A DNA stretch of 64,000 nucleotides from Strigamia acuminata (Eukaryota). The stretch lies in the NCBI GenBank assembly GCA_949358305.1, contig OX442314.1:20770001-20834000 (forward strand). The letters run 5' to 3'. The position numbers and the translations under genes are program-made. Below, piece by piece: positions 31,896 to 43,131 of the stretch (positions within the stretch are counted from its first letter, which is position 1; the number at the start of each line of letters is the position of its first letter). The notes beneath the pieces are model-generated. The model was given only the letters and a program-made list of their open reading frames with translations, was not told the origin of the DNA and did no database searches.

Positions 31896-34800
31896 ATGGA
31901 GACTCCTCCATCATTAGAAGACGTACGCCAAGCTATACATGTCTTGTATCACGACCCAGACACATCTGGAAAAGAAAAAGCATCTGTGTGGCTAGGAGAA
32001 CTTCAGAAATCCGTAAGCTTGAACACGTTTCAACTCCATTTCGTGCGTATTTTCCTATATTTCCCGTTTCATTTTATCAGGTGATTGCTTGGAAAGTGTC
32101 TGATGAATTACTTCAGCAGAATCATGATGTCGAATCATGTTATTTTGCAGCACAAACGATGAGAACAAAGGTAATTAACTTAACACAATTAATGATCATT
32201 AGACGAATTGAGACGAGAGAAAAAAATCGTGTCAGTGGAAGCAAACGAGAAGATTTGTTAATTTAATGTGGATGGTTTTTCAGATTCAGTTTTCCTTCCA
32301 CGAGTTACCACCGGGATCGCACCACCTTTTACGAGATTCGTTAATTCAGCATATAAGTCACACGATACCGGAAAAAAATTCTATTATTCTCACGCAGGTA
32401 ATTGCTAACACTCGTAATTATTCAATATATTTTATGTGTTATCAAATTATAAAATATATGTTTTATTCATTTATTTATTTAATTTTTTTTTAAATTTCTT
32501 ATTAGTTATGTCTTGCATTGGCTGATTTGGCTTTACAAATGGCATCATGGAAAATGTCAACACGTGACCTAATTGAAAAGTATATCTTAAACCATGGAGA
32601 TAAGGAAGTCGAAGCACATTTTGATTTTGTTATTTATTTATACACAGAATGAGTACAAATGCTCAACTTATTCCTGCACTTTTGGAAATCATCACAGTTC
32701 TTCCGGAGGAAGTAATACAATTAAAAATTTAAAAAAATTAAATACTGAACTACATTATTGACTTTTTTTTTGTTAAAGGTTAGCAGCAGGTCTCTACGGT
32801 TAGGTGCAAATCGACGAGAAGAAGTCATGGAAGAATTTCATCGAGTTGCTCCGAACGTGTTACAATTATTGGTACTTGCTCTTAAATTTAATTATATAAA
32901 TTACTAGAATTTGCAAGATACTTGTTACTATTTAGGTTGCGTATACAGAATCCTTTGGTGCAACAGATCCTCGGTTACAAGCAAAAATTCTGAAATGTTT
33001 GGGGAGTTGGTTGAGCATCGGTGCAATGCCAACAGCGGAAGTCGCTCATAGTAAACTGTTAATTAGTATACTATGTTCTCTGGGCAATCCCGGCACCCCA
33101 TCAATGGTTCATGAAGCTGCATGCGATTGCATTTGTGCAGCCTTGGTTCTGATCGAGGATCGGGAGAAACACATGGAGTTAACGCAGGCTTTGTTTCAAG
33201 GTGTGCATGCTTTAACTGAAGCGTATCATTTGTCAGTTGCTGGAGAAGATATAGACAAGTAATTTTGCTTATTAAGAATTTAAAAATTTAAATATTTTTT
33301 ATATTATTAACTGTGTTTTTGTAACAGATCTATAAACTACTGCCGGATATTCACGGAACTCGCTGAATCGCTTCTGGAAGTTATAATCGAAGCACCTGGG
33401 CAAGGTTTAGGCAGTTTGCAGACTTTAGACACGGTTCTTATCTGCGTAGGGAACCACGATTACGAAATGGCCGAAATTACATTTAATTTTTGGTATCGAT
33501 TGTCGGAACTACTGTACAAAAAAAACAATGACCAACTGAATAGCATATTTAAGCCATACATAGAAAGGCTAATTACGGCTCTGTGTAGACAGTGTCAAAT
33601 GGAACCTGATTTGGTATGGAAAGAAATTGGTTTCAGGTTTGTAAATTTAAATGTTTTACAAAAGAAAATGTCTTTTTAGGATGGTATTCCTGAAGAAGGG
33701 GATGATTTTGCCGACTTCCGCATAAGAGTTTCGGAATTGATAAAAGATGTTGTTTTTATTGTGGGTTCTTCCAATTGCTTTCAGCAAGTGAGTTCAACGA
33801 TTTAAAAAATCAAATTTTAAGTTGTATCCTTTTTTTTTTAAATAATGTTTAATTTTTTTTATTTTAGATGTTCAATAACCTTAAAAACCAGGAAAATAAT
33901 GCGACATGGGATATGTCGGAAGCATCATTATTTGTTATGTCAGCCGTTGCTAAAAATATTCTTCCGTAAGATTTGATTAAATGAAAATTCCATTTATTGG
34001 TGCAGTGTGGAATTAATTTTTTTTTATTTTTTTCGTTTTTAGAGAAGAAAACGAAGTTGTTCCGCAAGTGATCGACGCCATTCTTAATTTACCCGACAAC
34101 ACTCACGTTGCAGTCCATTTTACGAGCGTACAACTGATTGGGGAATTCCGGGAATGGATCGAAAAACATCCTCAAAGTCTTGAACCAGTACTTAATTTCT
34201 TGTTCAAATGTTTACATCAGCCACCGCTAGCCACGGTGGCGGCGACTGCGTTACAAAACATCTGTACCGCATGCACGGATCAGATGGGCCTTCATTTTAA
34301 CGGCCTTCTGCATATTATACGGAATATGCAGTTATTTAACATTTCCAACGAAGCGGCTGTCGGGTTACTCAAAGGTACCGCTCTTACATTATCTAAAATG
34401 CCGGTCGAGAAGATATCGGAAGGGGTGATGCAACTGTGCCGAATCCAAACGGGTCAACTATTTCAAGAGATCAAAGATGATGGGTCATTAAACGACAGGA
34501 AACGAATTGATCCAGCAATTTCGCTCGATCGTCTAGCCGCCATTTTTAGACATTTTCATCTTACAGTTACAAATGGACAAACGCATCCTTGTAAAGCTGT
34601 TATACAAGAGGTGATCGATATTTCGCATTAATTAATTTACACATTTTTTAAAATTGTTTTTAATTTTTTGTATAGATTTGGCCAATCGTATCCGAAACCT
34701 GCATTAAATTTCAACACGATGTACGGATTATTGAAAGGTGTTGCAGATGTATTCGGTTTATGGTTCGGTGTGTGGGTCGACAATCCGCACCTTTATTAGA

Positions 34801-35918
34801 ACCATTGGTCAAACAAATTGTACAACTGTACCAAGTACATCAGCATTCGTGTTATTTGTATTTGGGGAGTATTTTAGTCGATGAATATGGCATGGATCAG
34901 GGTTGCCATAAAGGATTACTCGAAATGCTAGAAGTAGGTGGTTTATCACGTTTGTTTTAGCGTCGATAGTAAATATATATATATTTTTTTAGGCATTTTG
35001 CGGACCCACATTCATTCTGTTAGATGGACCTAATAATTTACGAAATCATCCCGACACAGTTGACGACTTATTCCGGTTATGTACAAGATTCCTGCAACGA
35101 ATAACGGTTCTCTTTTTGCAATCATCGATGTTTAAATCGATTCTTCAATGCGGTTTAGTCGCGTGTGCACTTGATCATCGAGATGCGAATGCGTCAGTAA
35201 TGAAATTCTTCAATGAGCTAATTCGATGTCACCGTATTAAAGATGTAAGAATGTTTATAGTTGTACTTGCCAATATATTGAATTACAAATATTTTCAGGA
35301 AGCTGAGGACTTCGAAATTCGCCGCAAACTTGTCATCGCGTGCTTGGTCGAGCATGGGGCGTTATTAATATCGAATTTAATTAACTCGAGTCTCTTTTGT
35401 CTACCTACCTTCATGATCCCAGATGTGGCCGACGTGATCTACGAACTAATGCTCTACGACAGACGAGCAGTATGTTTATGGTTAGAAGAAACCCTGAAAA
35501 CCTTACCAACTCAGAGCAGCGGTGGAAGCATTACAGCGACACACAAGCAATTGACAGACTTTCATAAAGCAGTCACTAGGTAAATATCTTTCGAATTATA
35601 TTAGTTTTAAGAGAAAAAAAATAACTGCTTTGTTAATTATGAACGCAAATTGCGGAGATTACCGTGTTTAATAATTTTTGCAATTTTATTGTAAAATTGC
35701 GCTTTTTATGCCAGTTTGGCTAACGGTAACGGCAGCTGTTTTTGTTATTAAATAGTTGAAATAAGGGGTATTGATTACAAGACTTCTCTTTCTACTAGAA
35801 TAGGACAAAGGCTCTTGCGGTGCTGTTTGGTTTTTAATAATTCGCTTTATTTTTCAGTTCGGAAAACGAAAAATCTGTGAAAAGAGCATTGCAAGATTTT
35901 ACAAGATTATTTCGTTGA
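31896..35918 (+). CDS. TNPO3: Transportin-3 / Transportin-SR (importin-beta family), multi-exon
   Basis: [22 protein letters not shown]...[77 protein letters not shown]...[10 protein letters not shown]. Confidence 0.95.
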
Positions 35919-35975
35919 AAGACGTGGATTTTTTTTTTTCAAAAAGTAAAATTACTCTCTACCTTTATCTCGCAG

Positions 35976-36036
35976 CGCGGAAAGTGGCAGAGACGTCAGT
36001 TTAGCCGTGAGGACCTTATTGCGATTGTATCGCTGA
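35976..36036 (+). CDS. TNPO3: Alternative terminal coding exon of TNPO3 (SAESGRDVSLAVRTLLRLYR*)
   Basis: Has its own pyrimidine tract and CAG acceptor at 35973-35975. Same phase and same length (61 nt to stop) as the exon at 35858-35918, and a homologous peptide. Confidence 0.7.
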
Positions 36037-36670
36037 GGAAGAGAAGATTACTACTTGACAGTGTCGTCTTGGAACATACTACGCGACAGATTGTGTAACA
36101 CACACACATACGGTGAATTGTTGACGGCCTAATTTTTTTCTAAAAAAATACAAAATGGTTTAAGAAAAATTTGATTTTAGTAGTGCCTTTTGCGTTTAAG
36201 ATTGTGAAACAAAACATTTGTACATTTAATTTTTTTTATTTTTTTTTTTTTTTATTTAAATGTAAAAGGGAAAAAAATTGTTTCAATTTTCGTATAACAT
36301 TTTGGTTTTCTTGTTTGGTTTTTAATTTTAAAAAAGCATGTAATTTTCAACAAAAAAAAAAAAGAAAAAATCAGAACCAGTTACTGTTGTTCAAGTAATG
36401 ATGTGTGCTGTGATATTTTTGATGGAATAAATGAAGTAACAAATGTATACAACAAATACTGTATGTTTTTATTATCTAATTAAAATAATTTCATTTGTTT
36501 CAAATGTATCGTCAATAGTTTATGTTCTAAATTGAAAATGTTTTGAAATGTTAAAAGTTTAAAATGTAAAACTAATCTGGCACAGTAAAAAAAAAGAATC
36601 AAAGGTTAGTGAATCTGACATGAGGTCTACTGATTGAATTTGATTTGAAAGTCGTTGGTTGTAAGAAATT

Positions 36671-37885
36671 ATGGTCCACCTACAAGTTATTTGTTTTTTT
36701 ATTTTTAATTCCAAGTTTATTAGTAGCTACAACTACACAAGAAACATTTAAAGCTACGTTTTGGTCGAATGGCTCACCGGCACCATACATACAATTAACT
36801 TCTAGTATTCCAGAACCGTTGGACGAATTCAGTTTATCTTGTTGGATTCGACCGCAAGTCATTGAAAACGCCACTGTTTTCTCCTACATGCTTCCTAAAA
36901 CAGGTGATAAACTTTCCATTGGCATTTTCGTACCTGATGTTAATCGGCAAATGGGTTCGTTGTACAACTACAGTGTAAGCTGTGTAGACCGGACATAGGA
37001 CGGGTCCCAGAAACTTGTCCGGTCAAGGGAATGTCCGGATGGGAGAGGCGATTTAACATTGCTGGGTTTAGGGCGGGACCAAATTAGGCCCTCCAAACTG
37101 TCCGGTCTACACAGCTGTCCGGTCAGTGCTATGTCCGGTCTACGCAGCTTTGACTGTAATAATAAATTATTCTACAGGAAAATTTCCAAATGTAATTTTA
37201 TTTAAAAGGTTTCGTTTCTCTGATTCGCGAAAAAGGCCGTGAGATTGTGTACGAAGAATATTCATATGATCCGTTATTCATAACCGGTCAGTGGACTCAT
37301 TTATGCTTGACATCGTCAGATTTAATTGGCGAACCGGCTGTTTTCTTTGCAAATGGTGCTGAAGTATCGAAGAAGAAACTGAAAGATTCGTTGTCAGAAA
37401 AACCATTTAGTGAAGATCGTTTTTTATTTGATACCGTTGGCGATGGTATAATAATTCTTGGGCAAGATCAAGATACACAAGGAGGAAATATCGGAAAGGG
37501 CAGATTTCAAGGCGATCTAAGTGACCTTAATTTGTGGGACTACAAGCTCTGCAATGATACAGGTCAATAGTATAAAGTGTGAAGATGGGCAACTGGCGAG
37601 GTATTTGATTTCCAACCAACAGGAATCAAATATCTCTGTCCGAAAAAGGCGGATGAATTATAAATTTTATTTTTACTTTATTTTCTAGTTACCAAAATTT
37701 ACAAATGCGAATTACCGGCTGATGGCAATGTCATTTCTTGGTCAAAAAGCGGAAAAAGATTTTATAATGGAGTGCAGACTTCATTAGCTCGACTACCTTG
37801 TAGCTGGTGCCAGCAGGACCGCCAAGAAAGAGCTCGAAGAAGACTGGTAAGCACTTGTACAAATGCAAATAAAACACCTGTTTAG
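36671..37885 (+). pseudogene. Secreted short pentraxin copy A (3 exons), frameshifted just after the ATG by an extra T in a homopolymer (possible sequencing error)
   Basis: Motifs FSLSCWIRP, TVFSY, WTHLCLT, IILGQDQD, FQGDLSDLNLWD, GNVISW. The ATG at 36671 is out of frame (T7 here versus T6 in the duplicate near 59087). Confidence 0.75.
36971..37156. mobile_element. 186-bp Tc1/mariner (pogo-like) MITE in pentraxin A intron 1
   Basis: Imperfect 28-bp TIRs CAGTGTAAGCTGTGTAGACCGGACATAG / CTATGTCCGGTCTACGCAGCTTTGACTG, flanked by TA on both sides. Confidence 0.8.
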
Positions 37886-38124
37886 ACGCAAGTAATTGTT
37901 TTCATCGAATAAATCAATTTTAATATTGAAATTTGATTTAAAAATAAAATCATTACTCATTACAATTACCGGTATGTAATCTATCAAGTTCATCCAGTGA
38001 TGAAATAAATTCAGTAGTTTACAGTTCAGAGTTTACTGTTTGCAACGGCAATGTTAAAGTGGTGTTTAATTTCTTCTAAGCTTATGTTTCAATAGACATT
38101 TAGTCGTCAATTGCAATCCAAATC

Positions 38125-39076
38125 ATGGCTTATAGCATTCAAATTGTTTATGTTATTCTTTTGACATGGACACTTGCGTTTGCTACTAAACATGAAAGTT
38201 TCATGGCTTCTTTTTTGTCAACTGCTGATGAACCTTATATTAAGTTAGGTCGGACAATTTCAGAACCACTTAGAGAGCTTACAGTGTGTTAACGATATCA
38301 CCATGACTGTATTCTCTTATGTAAATCCAAATGAAAAACTTTCAATCGGAGTAATCACGGGTGGACACACAACAAATCGGGGTCGGTATTATTATGGAAA
38401 AGGTAGAATATATTTTTTGTTTGATGTATCATAGAATTGTCTCGTTTTCATTTTGATAATAGGATTTGTCAATTGCCAAAACTACAATGAGAGTATGGAT
38501 AGCAAGCCGTCATCGTTATCTACTACTTTTACTCCAATGCATACTGAGGTTGGTGAATGGACACACTTCTGTTTCGCGTGGTCATATGCTAAAGGTAGCC
38601 CTCTCGTTTTCATTAATGGACATCCAAGTTACATAGATGGTAATCGCTATGCCTGCAACCACGTTATAACTGGTGGCGGTGTAATAATTCTTGGTCAAGA
38701 CCAAAATGATGCTAATGAAGAAAATTTTAACAAAAATTCAGCTTTTTTAGGCGACATAAGCGAATTTCATATGTGGAATAGGAAACTATTACGCGATGAA
38801 AGTGAGTAAAAATATAAAATATATTTTATAAACAAAAGCTGTGTACAATTTTAAATTTTTTATTATACCGGGATTAGCTTATTCTGTTTGACTTTTTTTA
38901 AAAAAATTTCTTTGCAAGTTTTGAACATTTCAAAATGTGATGCACCTGCTGATGGCAATATCTATTCTTGGTCAAAACATCGAACAATCTTTTACAATGG
39001 AGTTGAAACGCCTTCTGTTTATCTCCCGTGTGGCAACGATAATTTATACGCACACATAACATATGATCGTTTATAG
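38125..39076 (+). pseudogene. Pentraxin copy B with a frameshifting deletion and stop in exon 1
   Basis: MAYSIQIVYVILLTWTLAFATKHESF...EPLRELTVC* (TAA 38290-38292), with the xWxRP motif missing. The gene continues in another frame (TMTVFSY...WTHFCFAW...IILGQDQN...FLGDISEFHMWN...GNIYSW). Confidence 0.8.
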
Positions 39077-39492
39077 TACTGATGATTGTGATTGTTATTG
39101 TTAAGTATACCATACTGTAATTAAATGAATAAATGTGGTGTAAAGATTTATATTTACTGGTAAATTCAGAATATAAGCCCACAAATGAAACTGAAACGAA
39201 TCAGCTTACAACATTTCACCAAATTGAAATTACCCAAACACTTCATGATGCTGCCCCTTGAACTTTGCTGCTGAGCACAAGAAACAAATTTTGCGAGAGT
39301 GGGTTGGTTTCGTGTATCCCCCTTTCGCCGAATCCCGTTTTTTGTTGAAATTGTTACGTTGTCTACAATGTACTTCATAATTTTGCCCGAACCATAAAAA
39401 ATGTTTAATGTTGGGGTGCCATGACATTTTTTAGTAGGATGGGGAAAACAAAGAAGGATGAATAAAATTTGTAAATTTACACTGATTATTTT

Positions 39493-39700
39493 TGTTATGC
39501 TGGGGCATCACGTTGAAATAAAGGAGAGGTTTTTAAAGTGGAAAACAAAACACACGTCTTTACTCGTGGGTAAAATACAAGCAAGTGAGGAGTAAATACA
39601 AAATTGTCATGGTAACGCTTTTACAACAATGTAACAGTATGATATAGCAATAACACGTTCTTCAACAATGAACTCAACATTACATTAACATAACTTAACA
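39493..39700 (-). repeat. 3' LTR of the copia element
   Basis: Identical by eye to 46939-47146; preceded on the minus strand by the PPT AGGGGAAGTAA (39701-39711). Confidence 0.95.
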
Positions 39701-40815
39701 TTACTTCCCCTGAAACCCATTATGCCCTGATAATTGGTTTCACACCTAATAATTCTCTGAAATTACTTAATTTCACTTTATCTAAAGGCTTTGTCAATAA
39801 ATCAGCTTCATTGTTCTCGGTTGGAACAAATTCCAATTTGACTCGTTTCGCCTTTATCTGTTTTCTGATGTAGTGGTACCGGACGTCAATATGTTTTGAT
39901 CTCCGGTTCTCCACATTGCTTTGTGCAAAAACTTTAGCTGGTTGGTTGTCGCATCTCATGATTGTTGGTCCTCCGATCAACGTTGACAAATCCAACTCTT
40001 CGATCAGTCGTCGCATCCACACAATGTCTTTCGAACAATTGCACATCGAGATGTACTCAGCTTCCATGCTGCTGGTGGCTACGACCTTCTGCTTGCTGCT
40101 CTGCCATATTACTAAATTCTCGGCTAGTTTCAGCAAAGTTCCGCTGTAAGATCTTCGGTTGATCTTGCAATTCGCCCAATCTGCGTCTGCGAATGCAGTC
40201 AAAAATCCTTTATTCTCATTGTAAACCAATCCGTGTTTCTTGGTTCCCGACAGATATCGTAGAATGCGTTTGGCCATTTGTCAGTGATTGGTTTTTGGTT
40301 TGCTGTTAAATTGTGCTAACACATTTACAGCGTGTGAAATGTCCGGTCTCGTACTGTTAGCCAAGTAAGATAAGCAGCCAATTATCTCTCTATAAGGCTC
40401 GACCGTCAGATCTTCAAATTCTTCTGGCTCTTTCTTATTGTTGTCAGTACATTTCACCATTGGTGTCGCCATCGGTTTTGAATCAGTCATGTTGAATCTC
40501 TTCAGGACTTTCTCAACATATTTTTCTTGCGTTAAAAACATGTTTCCGTTTTTATCCCGTCCAAATTCGATTCCTAGCATGTACAGTCGTGTTCAAAAAA
40601 ACTGGACCCTCACTCTGTGCTGGCAATTGAAATTGTGAGTAATTCTGTGTTTTGCCACTAGGTGAAACACCAGACATCAACAGGTGATAATATAGCCTTG
40701 TCTACAGTGATCCTTTCATAATTTAGTGGACAGTTTTAAAAAGGAAAATATAAGTTATTTTCATAGAAAAAGTGTATGGATATTTAATATTAAGAAATAA
40801 AAAATTAATTTGTTT

Positions 40816-42311
40816 AATATTTTCTAACAATAAAGAATATTTTCTAACAATAAAGAATATTTTCTAACAATAAAGAATATTTTCTAACAATAAAGAATAT
40901 TTTCTAACAATAAAGAATATTTTCTAACAATAAAGAATATTTTCTAACAATAAAGAATATTTTCTAACAATAAAGAATATTTTCTAACAATAAAGAATAT
41001 TTTCTAACAATAAAGAATATTTTCTAACAATAAAGAATATTTTCTAACAATAAAGAATATTTTCTAACAATAAAGAATATTTTCTAACAATAAAGAATAT
41101 TTTCTAACAATAAAGAATATTTTCTAACAATAAAGAATATTTTCTAACAATAAAGAATATTTTCTAACAATAAAGAATATTTTCTAACAATAAAGAATAT
41201 TTTCTAACAATAAAGAATATTTTCTAACAATAAAGAATATTTTCTAACAATAAAGAATATTTTCTAACAATAAAGAATATTTTCTAACAATAAAGAATAT
41301 TTTCTAACAATAAAGAATATTTTCTAACAATAAAGAATATTTTCTAACAATAAAGAATATTTTCTAACAATAAAGAATATTTTCTAACAATAAAGAATAT
41401 TTTCTAACAATAAAGAATATTTTCTAACAATAAAGAATATTTTCTAACAATAAAGAATATTTTCTAACAATAAAGAATATTTTCTAACAATAAAGAATAT
41501 TTTCTAACAATAAAGAATATTTTCTAACAATAAAGAATATTTTCTAACAATAAAGAATATTTTCTAACAATAAAGAATATTTTCTAACAATAAAGAATAT
41601 TTTCTAACAATAAAGAATATTTTCTAACAATAAAGAATATTTTCTAACAATAAAGAATATTTTCTAACAATAAAGAATATTTTCTAACAATAAAGAATAT
41701 TTTCTAACAATAAAGAATATTTTCTAACAATAAAGAATATTTTCTAACAATAAAGAATATTTTCTAACAATAAAGAATATTTTCTAACAATAAAGAATAT
41801 TTTCTAACAATAAAGAATATTTTCTAACAATAAAGAATATTTTCTAACAATAAAGAATATTTTCTAACAATAAAGAATATTTTCTAACAATAAAGAATAT
41901 TTTCTAACAATAAAGAATATTTTCTAACAATAAAGAATATTTTCTAACAATAAAGAATATTTTCTAACAATAAAGAATATTTTCTAACAATAAAGAATAT
42001 TTTCTAACAATAAAGAATATTTTCTAACAATAAAGAATATTTTCTAACAATAAAGAATATTTTCTAACAATAAAGAATATTTTCTAACAATAAAGAATAT
42101 TTTCTAACAATAAAGAATATTTTCTAACAATAAAGAATATTTTCTAACAATAAAGAATATTTTCTAACAATAAAGAATATTTTCTAACAATAAAGAATAT
42201 TTTCTAACAATAAAGAATATTTTCTAACAATAAAGAATATTTTCTAACAATAAAGAATATTTTCTAACAATAAAGAATATTTTCTAACAATAAAGAATAT
42301 TTTCTAACAAT
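40816..42311 (+). repeat. Perfect 20-bp tandem array (TTTCTAACAATAAAGAATAT) x ~74.5
   Basis: Direct reading; no variant units seen. Confidence 0.98.
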
Positions 42312-42969
42312 TTTTACTTAAAGTGGTCCCAAAATGACTCGTGTTTTGGTCGCATTAGGAAGGTTTTTCACGAAAAGTGGTCCCAAATGGGCATGTTTTG
42401 GTCGCATCAGGGAGGTTTTGCACTCAAAGTGGTCGCAAAAAGGAGCGTTTTTGGTCGCATTAGGGAGGTTTTGCACTCAAAGTGGTCGCAAAAAGGAGCG
42501 TTTTTGGTCGCATTAGGGAGGTTTTGCACTCAAAGTGGTCGCAAAAAGGAGCGTTTTTGGTCGCATTAGGGAGGTTTTGCACTCAAAGTGGTCGCAAAAA
42601 GGAGCGTTTTTGGTCGCATTAGGGAGGTTTTGCACTCAAAATGGTCGCAAAAGGAGCGTTTTTGGTCGCATTAGGGAGGTTTTGCACTCAAAGTGGTCGC
42701 AAAATGAGTGTGTTTTGGTCGCATTAGGGAGGTTTTGCACTCAAAGTGGTCGCAAAAAGGAGCGTTTTTGGTCGCATTAGGGAGGTTTTGCACTCAAAAT
42801 GGTCGCAAAAGGAGCGTTTTTGGTCGCATTAGGGAGGTTTTGCACTCAAAGTGGTCGCAAAATGAGTGTGTTTTGGTCGCATTAGGAAGGTTTTTCACTT
42901 AAAGTGGTCCCAAAATAAGCGTGTTTTGGTTGCATTAGGGAGGTTTTTCACTTAAAGTGGTCCCAAAAT
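42312..42969 (+). repeat. 52-53-bp minisatellite x ~12 (GCACTCAAAGTGGTCGCAAAAAGGAGCGTTTTTGGTCGCATTAGGGAGGTTTT)
   Basis: Direct reading; edge units are diverged and internal units are homogeneous. Confidence 0.95.
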
Positions 42970-42990
42970 TTATACAATGTTTAAAAAACA

Positions 42991-43131
42991 TTCTTTATTG
43001 TTAGAAAATATTCTTTATTGTTAGAAAATATTCTTTATTGTTAGAAAATATTCTTTATTGTTAGAAAATATTCTTTATTGTTAGAAAATATTCTTTATTG
43101 TTAGAAAATATTCTTTATTGTTAGAAAATAT
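42991..43131 (-). repeat. Inverted copy of the 20-bp array x7
   Basis: (TTCTTTATTGTTAGAAAATA)7 is the reverse complement of the left array. Confidence 0.97.

Noticed and set aside
42334..42902. Repetitive ORFs (VFGRIREVLHSKWSQKGAFLVALGRF...)
   Set aside because: Translation by-products of the 53-bp minisatellite.
40816..42969. CRISPR-like array
   Set aside because: The repeats are head-to-tail with no unique spacers, there are no cas genes, and the context is a eukaryotic TE.
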